From: Eledone cirrhosa
Lineage: Eukaryota
DNA: 64,000 nt
Reading direction: 5' to 3'
Assembly (NCBI GenBank): GCA_964016885.1
Contig: OZ024740.1
Coordinates: forward strand, 370,016,001 to 370,080,000
Shown one piece after another: positions 11,794-26,160 of the stretch. Below the pieces are notes generated by a model that had not been told where the DNA came from, ran no database searches, and saw only the letters and a program-made list of their open reading frames with translations. A program made the translations under genes and the position numbers. Each line of letters opens with the position of its first letter. Within the stretch, counting starts at the first letter, position 1.

Positions 11794-12316
11794 ACGTACC
11801 TCTACCTCTTTCTCCCCATTTTCAATCATATCCCGAATCTGAATTCAAATGCTAATTTCCACTTACAATTTTTTTAAAATAAAGGCTCTTCAAATAACGA
11901 AAATATTGCATCTAACATTTTTTATAGTCTGGCGCTTGGATTTTTAATGAGAAGAATGATCTTCATCCTTTGGAGTTTGATAATCCAGTATTTTTATAGG
12001 GATATGTGTTTGATAAGTCTATAATGAAATTGTTTCATGTATCTACATTGCTACTATTAACAAGGCATCTAACGGAAAAGGGAATATGTAGGAAGATTGT
12101 ATTCAGTGGAGGCAACACATATGAAGGATATTAATATAGCTTTGATGCGCGTCTCTCATCTGAAAATTGCATTTGCTTAGAGAAGAATATGTTAAGAAAT
12201 TGATTGAACAAGTTGCCTTAAACTGTTTACTTTCGAATACCGACATTCAAATATCATAACTAATATTCACGCCGTTGCACAACACAAAGAAGAACACACA
12301 CACACATACACACACA

Positions 12317-12409
<93 letters not shown>

Positions 12410-12439
12410 GCACGCACACACACACACCACACACACACA

Positions 12440-12496
<57 letters not shown>

Positions 12497-13211
12497 ATGT
12501 ACGTATAGTATGTTTGATAATATTCTGTATGTTTATTTAAACACATTTTGAAGACGATTCGCTGTGAATTTTAAAGTAGTGACTACATCACGTACTTAGT
12601 CTCGGCAAAAGCAAAGCGGAGTAACCGATGGTAGTACCGTTTCTCACGTGTAAGTGGTTGTCAAGAGCTCATACCCCTTCACTTCTATCGATATTTATGG
12701 AAGATGGGTCCTAAACTAGAGCAGATAATGGTCAATTTGGTGTAGGGGATGCAATTTGAGCGACAAAATGCGAACACAGGCTAACAAGCTAATAGATTAG
12801 AGGAGGTTAGATATTAGTCAATAATTAAAATATAATTTGTGGGAACAAATAAATCAATATTAAAGACTAAGGTGGCCAGTTCTTTCAAAAATGTTTAGAA
12901 ACGTGATAACGTCTAGAGAAAAATTACGTACATGTGTTAAGTGGTTTGTTGTTATTGTGGAGATTATCCTCCATTTCTGGTCATTGCACTATCTGATCAA
13001 TTCTGTGGTAAAATCGCATTTGTCGACACTTTATGATAGGCAATTAGCATTACCCACATTGCAGCTGCTTCCATAACTAATTAATCTAGATGTCTAATCT
13101 GAGCTATGGGTATTGAACTTTCTCACATATATGTCCTGTATCTCATTGAGTTGTTGATCGACCCGGGCCATTTGGATCGTTGGATCTTTCATCCAATAGC
13201 TTCGCTAACAG

Positions 13212-13284
<73 letters not shown>

Positions 13285-13329
13285 AGCAAAGGGATATTTA
13301 ATTTGTTGGTAATTCAACAAATATATTTA

Positions 13330-15470
13330 TAACAGATTCGAAGCACTCGACAAGTTTTCTGGAGTATAATATCAATGATATTAATAAATGGAATATTAAT
13401 GGAATATATATATATAAGGAGGGAGGTGAGATAGTGACAGACTCTACACCTATGTCAGGATGGTGTTTTGGCTGCGTCCAGTCGACAAAATGGCAAATGC
13501 ATTTCCGCCGACAATGGCCAGTGATACACGCTGGAACAACCTCTCCACTTCGTGCAGCTCCTTCCTTAGTCAGGCTGCTATCGATCCGATTTTACGGAAG
13601 AGTTGCAAAGAGGAAGTGCCCAGACAAGCTCCAGTATTCGCTTGATTTCCTGTTGCGAGTTGCGGTACCGGGGTTTGTAGCCGAGGCGATTAAGTTTGAA
13701 GCGGAGAACCTGTCACAGCATATTGCAACCCAGATAACAGATTTACCTCTTTCAAAATGGAAGAAGGTAATTCCGTTCAAGTGCTTGCTCTCACGACGAT
13801 CGACATTTACTACATCCAATCGTGATGGGAAGCCGGTTGCGTCAAGGCTCCTTCTCCTTCTGTCATAGAGAGCGGCATGTCGACAGAACGGGACTGCATT
13901 GATCGCATGACAATGCATGCAGGCCGAACTCATTGACAACAGCTCCACAACGGCATTTATGTCGCTCACACATGCAAAGGCAGAGGCGTTAGGCTACTCC
14001 GATGCGAGTTCGTTAGTCATTAAGAAGGGTATCGGTTTGTGAAGAGGGCCGCAAAATGAACCACGCACCGTGGAGTTAAAAAGAAGAAGCGCTCGGACAA
14101 GCTTCAGTATTTGCTTGATTTCCTGTTCTCTGCATTCCGAGAAATAGTACCGGAGTTTGTTGCCGAAGCGAATAAGTTGGAGGCAGAACGGATGCAGATG
14201 AGGCGGAGTTAATCCAACACAGACTGCATCGGCATGAGGTAGACACGCTCTTGATATCGTCATAGTTACGTTGGGCGTTTGTGTATAACGGGACGGAGAG
14301 ACATTCATGGCACACGCGGTCAGATCCTGCTCCAGTTCTTGGCTCACGTCTTTCTCTGACGTAAGGATGACGATCTCGCTGATGAGGGTATGCCTGGAGG
14401 AGATTGATGAGATGTAGGCCGTTGTGCCAGATGAGATACGGATCGAAGGCCGAGGCTACCGAAATTCCGATGGAGTTTCACCTGTTGACAGTCAGGGCTG
14501 TTTAAACTGACATTGCAGATGAATTTCAGATACTACATGATGGTGGCATCGAGTACGCCGAGGTGATCCGCGAGAGGGTCAAAAGGCGGCCCGTGTAGCG
14601 TGAAAAAGGATTAGGAAAGGCACAGCAATTCCTCAGGAAGTAGATAGCCGGGTGCGCGTCAATAAGGCACAACCTTTCATTCATACTCAACAGGTCGGCA
14701 TGCTTCGTCTCCAGGCACTCCCGCATGGCATCTGAGCGAAGTGGAGAGCCGCGTTTTTGGGCGTTAGCCGAGGCACAGATCAGACAGTACGGATGCTGAT
14801 TGTGACGTCGAATATTTACAATGTCGTCAACTGCTAGCGCAAAGAGGAGTTGGTCGAATGGATCTCCTTGCTGGACACCCGTAGCGGCCCAGAGTATGCT
14901 GGGTATTCAAGAATTGAGCAACAGGGAATATAGAAGACGTGATGCCGCCTAACGCTGTTGAAAGCGTTTCTAATGTCCAGCTTCACTAGGAGGTAGAGTA
15001 ACGATAAGGCCCGTGCTCTATATATTGTCTGGACACATGATCTGCCGCGTCACGTCCACACTTAAAACCCATCCGTGGCTGGACAGGTCATCTTTGACTG
15101 ACTTGCAATCTATTTGGGCTGCAAGTCGTCGGAAGAATTTCCCCACCGCGATGCGACGAACGGCTCCATCATTGTTTCCTCAGAGCAGTCAGACAAAGAT
15201 GAAAAGATCGTGGGCATGGCAGGGCGGGTTGGCTCAGAAGTTACAGTTAATGAAAGATTGATTTATTGGAGCAGGTGTGCTCCTGCCTCAGCAGCTTTTA
15301 GAGGGATAAGGTATCTGAGATGGCCGGGTTGCAGGCTGCAAACTCCGCCAATGTTGCTCCAAGGGAAATATCTCATGGCAGCTAATCCCTCCTCACTAGA
15401 CTCGACAAAGGAAGGGTTACTAGCCGGGGATTGGATGTACCAGATGTCGGCTGGGGGCCCCGGGTGCTTG
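13330..15470 (-). pseudogene. Degenerate CRE-like non-LTR retrotransposon (RT + restriction-like endonuclease)
   Basis: Minus-strand LVKLDIRNAFNSV (~14960-14995), TGVQQGDPF..LLFAL (~14835-14885), AHPAIYFLRNC, and RHAAL...GFPSRL...GITFFHFERGKSVIW..CCDRFSASNL (decayed RLE domain). Confidence 0.75.
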
Positions 15471-15570
15471 TGATAGTGTATATTATTTTTAAGTATAGTG
15501 CTATCTTGAAGCGCTAATACAATTTAAATACACACACACACACGTACACATATATGTGTATATATATATT

Positions 15571-15602
<32 letters not shown>

Positions 15603-15605
<3 letters not shown>

Positions 15606-16230
15606 TCATCATCATCATTTTACGTCCGCTTTTCCCTGATTGCAAGGGTTGGACGGGTCCTGTTCCGCACAGCATCTCTCCACCTATCACCGTCCTTCGT
15701 CATCTCCTTGGTGAGTTTCAGCGATCTGAAGTCTGCTCTCACCACCTCCGCCCATGTTTTGCGTGGCCTACCTCTACTGCGTCTTCCCTCTACTGAGATT
15801 TCTTGGCACTTCTTTACCCAGCGGTCATCCTCCATACGCATCACATATCCATACCATCTCAGCTTTCTCTCCTGCACACCACAACTTATCCCTCGTATAC
15901 CCAGTTTCTTTTCAACTCGTCTACGCTTGGTCGACACGCACATCGGCATTGCACATCCAACGGACCATACTTTCTTCATTTCTCTCCAGCCGTCGCATAT
16001 CTTCTGCAGTTGCTGCCCATGTCTCACTATCATGCAGCATCGCGCATCTCACACAGGTATCCTATAACCGTCCTTTCGTACGCAGGGAGAAACCCTTCTT
16101 ACTCAACAGAGGAAGCAGCTCCCTAAACCGCTTCCAACCCGTTCTTACTATAGATACTATCCCCTCCCATGCTAATCTGATCACCTAGGTACCGGAAACT
16201 ATCAACCACTTCTATAGAACCCACCTGCAT
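15603..16230 (-). mobile_element. RTE-clade LINE 3' end
   Basis: RKLRWYGYVMRMEDDRWVKKC...VEGRRSRGRPRKTW...DRWR, followed by an (ATG)n tail at 15604-15618. Confidence 0.88.
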
Positions 16231-16255
16231 TAGAAACATGTGTCTATATATTCAA

Positions 16256-16364
<109 letters not shown>

Positions 16365-16399
16365 CACACACACACACACACATATATAAATATATATAT

Positions 16400-16454
<55 letters not shown>

Positions 16455-16527
16455 CACACACACACATACATATTTATATTTGAATGCATATATATATATA
16501 TGTGTGTGTGTGTGCGTGTCTATTCAA

Positions 16528-16650
16528 ATATATATGTGAAATAAGTTTAATTATTTGGAAGCGTGTCGGACTTTCAAATAATTAAACTTATTTCTTAGAT
16601 ATATTTGTATTTCTTATTCCATAATGCTTCAAGCAAACTATTACACTTTA
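16528..16650. repeat. 24-bp hairpin plus tail; PLE-type terminal remnant related to 33745-33800
   Basis: GAAATAAGTTTAATTATTTG / CAAATAATTAAACTTATTTC. The tail TTATTCCATAATGCTTCAAGCAAACT matches the reverse complement near 33765-33790. Confidence 0.5.
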
Positions 16651-17721
16651 TTATATATATGCATAAAGACATATGAGTTTTATATAGACTGCGTATGAAT
16701 TGTGTTGAATTGAAGATTGCGCTCGTACAAAAACAAAGATAAGCGTAACATAGATTAATAAACACTTCTTATAATCTCTTCTATGCTTCTAAAATCATTA
16801 TATTAAAATGAAACAGAATTTCATTAAATCAAGTGTTCAAAAGAATTTTCATCTTCATTCAAGAAACCGCTGCGTTTCAAAGAACCGATATCTATTGAAT
16901 TATTTAAGATATGAATACATCTGGGAATAGAAGAACATGATATATATCATTATTAATTCCCTTTGATCAATACCGTATCATGTTTAATGCTTGTGTTGCT
17001 CATACTTAATATACAACAATATGCATCATCGAAGAAGTCAGGATAGGAAAAACATGAGAACATCGACCAAACCAGCGAGAAATCTTCTATCTTACCACTT
17101 GACCTCCTATATTCAGCAGCTGAATCAACTTGAAATTATCATTCATATATCTAAGCCAAGGAGTCTTTGCATAAAGTCGTATTGATTGACGGGATGGTCA
17201 TGATGGAAAGCCTTTGACCATATCTCTTTAGAGTATTTAGTCATTTTATTTTACGTCCTCAGTTCAAATCCTAGAGAGACCAATTTTACTTTCTTACACT
17301 CGTAATCTGCTAGTCACATACTGGAGATGTAATATTCCTATGAATAACAAAGAAAAACAGATCAATAACATTATTATATTAATCATGAAAACACTGATAT
17401 ATTCCAACCTTGGATAAAAATCCTAATTATAATTCTTAGTCACTTCTTGACTGGCCTTTTATAGTGTACGGGAAAACTATGAAGGCGATGTAATTTAAAA
17501 GATGAAAAAAAAAATAGATGTTCTGATATTAATCACGTTTCCACGAAATTACTGACATGAATAGAAATAACACCTAAATACAAACGTTGATTGAACTTGG
17601 TTCTATTTGAGAGAAAGAAGAAAACTAATGATACGTTAATGTGACGCTAATTATTGGCTTCACTTCTCGTTAGAGAAAACGGGCTATTATATGTAAATAA
17701 ACACACACACACACACACAAA

Positions 17722-17773
<52 letters not shown>

Positions 17774-18051
17774 CATATATGTATATGTATCTATATATGT
17801 GTGTTGTGTGTGATGAGAGGTAAAGAGATACCTATACATATAGGTATGTCTAAATATTAATGTGCATCTCTCTCTGTCTCTCTCTGTCTCTCTCTGTCTC
17901 TCTCTGTCTCCCTCTCTCTCTCACTCTCTCTCCCTCTCTCTCTCTCTATATATATATATATAAATATGTGCGTGTGTGTGTGTGTGTATGTATGTATGTG
18001 AGTGTGTGACTGTATATGTGCGTGTATGCGCGCGTGTGTATATATATATAT

Positions 18052-18144
<93 letters not shown>

Positions 18145-18407
18145 GAGGGAGAGGGCAAGAGAAATATATGGGAGAGAGATTGAGGAAGAATAGATGCATT
18201 AATACAACGAAAATAACTACACTTAAACGAAATAAGATAAAAGCCTTTGATATTAGTTTCACTGTCCGAGAAAAGAAAACGTTTTTAAGTACCGGATATT
18301 GTCCTTCCCCGGAAAAATAGACGGAAGAGTGTAACGGGAAAAATAAAATGAAAGGAAACTGTATGAAAGAATACAAAGTTTGTGAACACATCTACAGTAT
18401 ATCGCTT

Positions 18408-18473
<66 letters not shown>

Positions 18474-18476
<3 letters not shown>

Positions 18477-18615
18477 AAAAGTATGACCCCGACGGCAGAG
18501 CTCAAGCCGTTTCGACGGCTGTTTCTGGACGTCCATTACCCACTCTACTACCCTAAGTATTGAGTACTCTGGTGCGTTATGGTTCATCTGGTTCCTTACC
18601 ACAATTCCTTCGTTA
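18474..18615 (+). repeat. Short (TA)n-embedded family Y element (also 41009-41100 plus and 41430-41463 minus)
   Basis: Shared end TATTGAGTACTCTGG(T/C)GCGTTATGGT...CCTTACCACA..TCCTTCGTTA. Confidence 0.7.
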
Positions 18616-18631
18616 TATATATATATATATA

Positions 18632-18950
18632 CTTAGGGTAAACGTTAATGCAATTCAATTCAAGCACTCAACATACTTTTTCCACATAGGAGTGACGGAG
18701 TAAATATCGAATAAGTAAAAGCGAAGTAGTTTCAGATGTTCAAGTCCTTTAATAATAATGGTGTGATATATATTTCAATGACAACACTGGCCACACTGTT
18801 CTGCGTGCGAGTGTCGTGACATTATCAGACAGCTTGTTACATAATAAGGTTATGTTTCCGAGGCAATCCAAGTGTCGTCATTGAAATATATATCACACCA
18901 TTATTATTAAAGGACTTAAACATCTGAAACTACTTCGCTTTTACTTATTC
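18632..18950. mobile_element. Fold-back PLE-type remnant with degenerate hammerhead
   Basis: 80-bp inverted arms 18709-18788 / 18871-18950. Minus 18833-18760 reads GCUGU-CUGAUAA-stem II(ACGACACU/AGUGUUGU)-GAAA-UAUAUA-UC-ACACC. Confidence 0.7.
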
Positions 18951-18971
18951 TCTCTCTATATATATATATAT

Positions 18972-19078
<107 letters not shown>

Positions 19079-20071
19079 AAGAAAGTATGTGTGTGTTTTA
19101 GTGGGAGAGGGGGACGGTTAAGAGAAGTCAATATATTTGTGAAATAATATATTTCCGTTGCGTATGTTGGAAGGTTCAATTCTTTGCAGAAATTATCAGC
19201 GTCTTTCCGGTCCGCAATACTTAGACTTTAAGAATTTTAGAAATGAAATTTGTATTTATTTTGTTCAGCTGTATGTGAAGTGTGTGTCTTGTTTGGTTGA
19301 TTTTGTTTGTATGTTTTATGAGATGAATGCTTTTGTAATTTTTTATTATTCTGTATTTTATAAGAGAGTGATTTTGTGTGGTAGTCAAATTGAGTTGGAG
19401 TATATCAGGATATATGTCTGTTTTGCCATCGAAATATAATTACGTTATATGAGTTGTTTAATTGAGCTGGGAGGAAAGTTGGGATGTTAAGATGATGTTC
19501 AGTGGAGCTTGGAGAATCTATCTGTATATATATATTTATATCAACAATGGTAAATTCGATTAATGATGTTCATTATCTGTTTTTTACCGAAGTGTATTAC
19601 ATGGTTGAGGTGGAAGAGTTGACTATGAACAAATATAAACATTCAAATACATATATATGTGTGTGTGTGTATGTGTTTGAATATGTGTGTATTTGTGTGT
19701 GTGCGTGCATGCGTATGTGAGTCTGCGCATGTTTATGTTTGCGTATTTATATACATATATATATATATGTATATATAAACTGATTCCTCTGTTCAGTCAC
19801 CAATACCATGAACTTGCCACTAAAGTATGTCTGATATTTGATTTCGGAGTCAGAGAAACATTTCAAACGCTCGTCTGATTTGTCCAGGTCTATTTTCTTT
19901 GGTATGTATTGTGTGTTAGTTTAGCCTACCACAATGTCGGATTTGTCAAGCTATTTAAACGTATGTTATAACTCTGAGACCTATCTTATCGAGCGCTTCG
20001 CTAACCCATCACTTCATATAAGTAGGCCGAATTACTTGCAAACCGCCAGAGATTCGATTTTACTGATTCCC

Positions 20072-20139
<68 letters not shown>

Positions 20140-20140
<1 letters not shown>

Positions 20141-20300
20141 TAATGAAGATGGAAGAAGCGGCATCTGTTGGCAACCTTCTCAAAATACCGGCTGCAACCC
20201 CAATCGAGATCAACGAAGCTTATAGGTTCCCTGTCTGTTGGTTCTGTAAGTAACATCTGTCGAGCGGTTCTTTCCTTAGACATTTTAACATGTGCGTTGT
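20140..20300 (-). mobile_element. Probable RTE (Expander-like) LINE C-terminal remnant
   Basis: HVKMSKERTARQMLLTEPT...DLDW...EKVANR resembles RTE C-termini. Heavily deleted. Confidence 0.4.
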
Positions 20301-21933
20301 ATCGGTGTAGTGATCTCTGTATTTGATTTCTTTATAAGATATATGTTTATAAATGAATGTGCTAATCCTGTTCAAGATTGAACCTCGATTCAATCGAATA
20401 CTAGTTGTTTATCATCACTTTCAATCAGTTCTACCTATAAAAACATTTTGCAGTCGACCATTTTATTTATATGTATGAGTGTATTCGTTTGTAATCAAGT
20501 TGCTTTATAGAAATAAAATATCGAGAATAATTTTCGTAAACATGGATACATTTCTCCAAAATGTGATTCACCGAAACTATTCGCTATTTAATTTATCATA
20601 TCAAAATATTTTGATGAACTGCTTCGACCATTGATGCCATTATAAATATTGTTAATAATTATTACTAATATATCTCTCCTAAAAGCCTCTCCTGAATATT
20701 CATGATTTCGGTGTTTACCAATCAGATGTTATCTAGATGATGTGTAAAGGAGTTTATATCCGCGCAATAAATAATATGTACGTATCAGCCTATGTGCTCA
20801 TGTGTAAATCTGTGCTTTGTCTGTGCCAATTTTCAATTGAATGTCCTTTACAAAAATGACGTATCTAATAACATATAAATCAAATATGTGTGGAAAGTGT
20901 ATTCATGATTTGACAGAATGCTATAAATAGAGGTTAGCAACAATCAGATACAGATATATAAAAAGTGACTTATTGGAATCAATATAAGTCATTTAATTAA
21001 AAGATTCATACTATTCTGCTACCTTCCGTCCCACCCATTCTCTCCACTTCTTTGAGTTTGCTGTTCCGTTCAATATTTTACAAAGTTATGAAATTCTCAA
21101 ATGACTAAGTATATATCACGTATGAAGATTTTGCATTATTCCACCATACTCACAGGATGCAAAGGCACCGTAAATCAAATCAAGTAGATGTAACACTCTC
21201 AACCTATTCTCCACCATTGTCTTATATCTGAAGAGTTACTCCTATTTAATATTGAAAATGTTTATCTTCAACTATAAACCATGTTATAACGCAAGTAAAT
21301 TTTACAACAATATAAACTTTCCTTACATACACATAATAGGTTAACAGAAAATAATTATCTACCTCTGTGAGTAACCCCACAGAGCATACACATATCCGAT
21401 TTGAATCACATTCGTAGCTATATCACTTTACACAGCCTGACCTTTCTTTAAATAAAACATATATGTTGATTTCCATATCTATTTAAAAAGTAACGGGGAG
21501 CCACTTTATCCATTACAGTATAAGTCATACTTATCTTCATCAAGTATTGTTGACTTATAGAACACTGAAGTCAGAAATCATATACATTAGACAATGTATG
21601 GTGAGCTTTGATACTGATAGATCACATTTGTGGCCATGTTCTAGCCTTAGTGCATAGTATCGTGTGTTTATTTTAAATGTTGAGAAATTGTTGCAGAAAA
21701 TATTTATTCGAGAAATGAGAAATATGGTAATCGATCCCATGGCGTAAATATTACAAGGTTTTCGTGCGCCTTACATCAATTAAATATTGATAAAACAAAA
21801 ATAGAATTTTAAAGATACATGTTAAAGTTGCATTCTCAGGGCCAAAAGCGTTAAAATTAATCGCTCGCCCGATTTAAAACATTAAACTGACACGTGGTAA
21901 TTTTTAATGGAGTCCGCTTCCGCCAGAGATAAT

Positions 21934-22117
21934 TGTTTCTACTTTTGGCACAAGGCCAGCAATTACACAGTGCATTACTGGTACTTTATTTTATCGACCC
22001 CGTAAGGATGAAAGGCAAAGTCAACCTCGGCGGGATTTGAACTCAGATCGTAAAGGGACGTAACTATGCTGGAAAGCATGGCGTCCGACCCTCTACCGAT
22101 ACTGCCAATCCACCGCC
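21934..22117 (-). mobile_element. tRNA/Nin-domain SINE
   Basis: Reverse-complement match to 7649-7840. Flanking direct repeat CCGCCAGAGATAAT at 21920 and 22113. Confidence 0.88.
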
Positions 22118-23877
22118 AGAGATAATGTTTTCCTTTCATTCTCGAAGGCCATGAAAATAGTTAAAGGCATTGCCTATCATTCTAAAACTAATACATGAAA
22201 ATAAATTCCCCACCAGAGAATATGACATGAAACCATACGAAAATTCGCCATTTTGGCTGCTAATACCCAAGGTCACCCCTAACCAATCTAGCAAATATAT
22301 GACCAAAGAGGTTTCAGCCATGATCATTTCATACGACTATATATTGATGTCATATTGTCCAGTGTTTTTCACTCTTTTAACATGTGGGATGAGTTTCCAG
22401 ATGTATTTATCTGCTTTTTCTTGCAGATCGAATGGCGCCGATAATCTCCACTTTCCCCGAAAACCTATGAATAAAAATTACCATCTTTACCACATAGCTA
22501 CGGTAATTCCAGGAATGCTATTGGGAAGCAAATTTTCAGTTCAGCTTTGTTTCACAATTCATATTTCAATTCATGGTTTGTTGTATTGTTTCATAATTCC
22601 TTTTCAACTATATCTCACTAGTTATTAAATTTTGCATTAAATTTGAAATTAATTTCTTAAATAATGAAATCTTTTCACTTCACCAGAAATAACAATTACC
22701 CCTTATTCACTGATGAAAACTTTATAGGCATGCTTAAAAACACTGAAACACTATGTAATTTGTTTCTTTCCATAAAAGGTATATGTGTAGTTCCTTAAAA
22801 TCTGCTTCAGGCATAAAGGAAGTGACAACACATTCTGTAATTCAGATTTAAAGGTTACAATGTGAAATACATCATGGGTCTTAGCGTTTTAATATATAGG
22901 AAAGGAAAAGCATCCCTGACATAAACGATCATCAAACATCTCAAGCTTGACAGAATATGGAAGGTGGGAAAACACATCGACAACTTATATATTTGTTCTT
23001 GTTTGTGTATGTATGTGTGTACGGTGTTCATATATATGTATATACATACACACATGTAAACGTATGTATATATATATACGTACATATAGAGGTGTGAATG
23101 TATGCATATATGTATGTATATGTATATGTCAGGTCACCAGTTGGTGCTACTGGTAACATGTATCCCAGTACAACCTGTCTCATGGTCGGGTCGTTGGCGA
23201 CTAAACTGGCAACCCCACCAAGGTGTCTTAGTGAGGAGGGTGACTTTGGACATCCTGCAGTACTAAAAACAAAACCTGTGAAAGGGCAAAGGAGCTCTTA
23301 AGAGTCAATGGCCATCCAAAATCACCGGGAGAGATGACCCCTTAGCCATTGTCAAGGCAGAATTCTAAGAGAAGGAAAACGCTGATATAACACCTGCAAC
23401 CCTGATGGTATCCAATGATGTTGACTTGTTCTTCTTTTTGGTAAATATCATCTTGGTTAAGAGAGTGGGACTGGCTTTGTGCAGTGCTTTTGCTCACTAT
23501 AAAAGCTTCACGGCACAGGCATTGCTTTATATCTGGAGATCCCTCTGCACTTGTCGTCACATGGTACCATGGGCCCAGCACTATGTGTCAATAATTGTCA
23601 CAAGTGTAGTGTTTGTACCAGAGTTTTCAAGTCGCTTGCTGGACTAAAAAGTCACACTCGTTCAGCGTATCGGTAGGGGTTCTCCTACATGGATATAAAG
23701 TAGTGGCCGTACTCGAAAACGAGTGGGCAGCCACCATATGTATATGTATATATAGTTATGTAATAAACAACATAAGGCAATTATTTTATTTACCAGTGGT
23801 TTCTTAAAAGCAGACAAATGTTGCTTTCAATCATCAGAATGAAAAAATCCTGGTGTATATATATATATATATATATA

Positions 23878-25615
23878 TTATAAAATAACAGGAGGCTGGA
23901 TTGGCGTAATTCCTTAAAAGGTTTATTATACTATGTTCATTTCAGTGACCAGGTTCAGTATGAATCTGGTCACATCATCAGGTGTTCGAAATATAACAAA
24001 GGAATATAATAGACAAAATCCATGGGGCTGAAAATCAGAGACATGAGGGCGACGGAACATTTAGCAGCTTCTACCCTCGCGTGATGATTATTAGGTCTAT
24101 ATATGTCCATCCGGTGAAGGGGCGTAGGCTTATAGTGTACTACTACCACCCTGTCACAGACATAGGCAAGCGGTAAGATCAGGTTACAATCAAGCTGGTC
24201 ATGAGTGCTAGAAAGTGCCGCGAAAAATATTTTTTTCAAATTTATGTTTAGAGTTATAAGATGGCATTTAAGACGAAATTAAAAAAAGTAAGATTTAGGT
24301 TTAAAGTTGGGAGATTTAGCTAAAGAATTTACAGAAGGAGGCTTTCATGAAAAAGTTTAAGTGTATTATAGATAGTCACGATAAAGTTTCAGGGTAAAAT
24401 ATAGAGTAAAGATTAAGCCCATGCTTAGCGGTCAATAACCAGCGACGTTCCAGACCCCCGGCCAGCCCGGGGCCCAACAGCGTATCAGCCGATCTGAGTA
24501 TTATCGTCTAGCGAAAGAAAGGGAAATTTATTTTTCCGTGCACTCCAGGAATGTTAATTGTATTAAGCGTCGGGTGTGCTAGCGAGAAGTCCGCCACCGC
24601 CGTCTGGCCATCGTATATACCAAACGATTAATAGTTATTCACAGTAGTGGGGGATTTAGTTATGTGCTAGTAGCAGGAGGCATGATAAAATAAAAGTTAT
24701 GATTAAGCCTAGAATTTAAAGGTACTGTTTGGCGGTCAGTAACCGGTGGCACGGCGGGTTCCAAGTCTGACAGGGCCCCAGCGTGAAACAGCCGTTCCGA
24801 GTATTTTCATTTACCGAAAGAAGGGGAAATTTATTTTTCCAAGCACTCTAGGAAGGCTGGTCGGCCAGAGCACCTGGCGTACAGTCGGGAAAGCCGCCAC
24901 ATCCGTCGGATCATCTGGTGTACCTAACGATTATTAGTTATTTACACCCCTGATGTGAAGTCGAAAGTGGCAAAATCTTTTGAAATGTGCAGATAGACTA
25001 TATTTAGTCTATATAGAGGGTACAGTAGAAAATGTTGAGGTCTGCCGGAGTCTGAATATTCCCAACAGGAAAGCAGCAATGCATGGTCCGGGTGGGCGGT
25101 AGATATAGCTTAAAGCAGCCAAGATCAAATGGTGCGTAGTTGGTCCCATGCTAGCGATAGCTATACACTGAAGTCAGTGCCGGTGTTCATTATTACATCT
25201 GGAAGCGCTCGACATTTCCTGGAGCATTATTTATTTAGGTTTGTTGGTTCACCACTGGATAGATCTGGTCATTCTGTTCTATGACGGGGTGGTAGTAGTA
25301 CACTATAAGCCTACGACCCTTCACCAGATGGACAAATGTAGACTTAATAATCATCACTCGAGGGCGCCCGATCGGGCTAGAAGCTGCTAAATGTTCGGCC
25401 GCCCTCATGTCTCTGATTTTCAGCCCCATGGATTTTGTCTATGGGGCTTTGTTATATTTCGAATACCTGATGATGTCACCGGATTCATACTGAACCTGGT
25501 CACTGAAATGATCAAAGTATAATAAACCTTTTAAAGAATTACACCAGTCCAGCCTCCTGTTATTTTATAATAATTAACTCGGTACTCGCACCACCAACTT
25601 CACAAACGAAGACGG
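23878..25615. mobile_element. Family X non-coding element with ~280-bp inverted HHR-containing arms
   Basis: 23878-24157 is an approximate reverse complement of 25281-25570. Internal diverged tandem duplication at 24410-24640 and 24700-24945. No convincing ORF. Confidence 0.7.
23928..23985 (-). ncRNA. Type I hammerhead ribozyme (family X)
   Basis: ACAC-CUGAUGA-U-GUGACCAG..CUGGUCAC-U-GAAA-UGAACA-UA-GUAU. The partner at 25463-25520 has palindromic UGAUCA but a mutated U16.1. Confidence 0.72.
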
Positions 25616-25769
25616 GTGAGTTGCATTACGTTGTGTGCTCTCCATAATATTACATCGAGGTTGACCATATGGAATGACCAGTTCTATCCAGTGGTAAACC
25701 AACAAACCTAATTAAATAACGCAAAAATTGTTTGTATCCCGAGACGCTAAATAGGGTTTGGAAGTGGGT

Positions 25770-26160
25770 AAACCTTGACAATTGGAACCTGGAACATCTC
25801 AGCCCTTACAGGTAAGGAGCAGGAACTTATGGAGAAGGCTTGATGCTACTATCTAGATATAATCGGAGTTTCAGCAACAGAGCGCCATGCCTCTAATACT
25901 ACGGTTTTGGATGGAGGAGGGAAACACTACTATTCAGGCTTGGTGCAAAAAAAGAATTCAGAGGCGGGGGTGGAAATTCGCACTGGATAACAGTAGGAGG
26001 GAGAGTTTTCCTCCTGAATCTTAGGCTAAAATATAAGTCCTTTTGGGTGGTGCACGTTTATGCACCAAACAAGGAATTCGAATAGAGATCCTTCCTTCAT
26101 GAAATCACTGCAGCGTTAGATATAGTTAAGAGTGAGTCATATCCTAATGGGAGACGTCGA
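25770..26160 (+). pseudogene. RTE-clade LINE apurinic endonuclease (APE) remnant
   Basis: LTIGTWNISALTGKEQELMEKA*CYYLDIIGVSATERH...YYSG...AGV; later VVHVYAPN and ILMGD motifs. Confidence 0.8.

Noticed and set aside
22427-22502. Possible 76-nt host exon (TTTTCTTGCAG acceptor, GTAATT donor)
   Set aside because: No recognisable protein similarity or partner exons; needs RNA-seq.
23128-23735. GC-richer block resembling a LINE 5' UTR, with a possible HDV-like ribozyme
   Set aside because: Could not build the nested double pseudoknot or assign a protein by eye.
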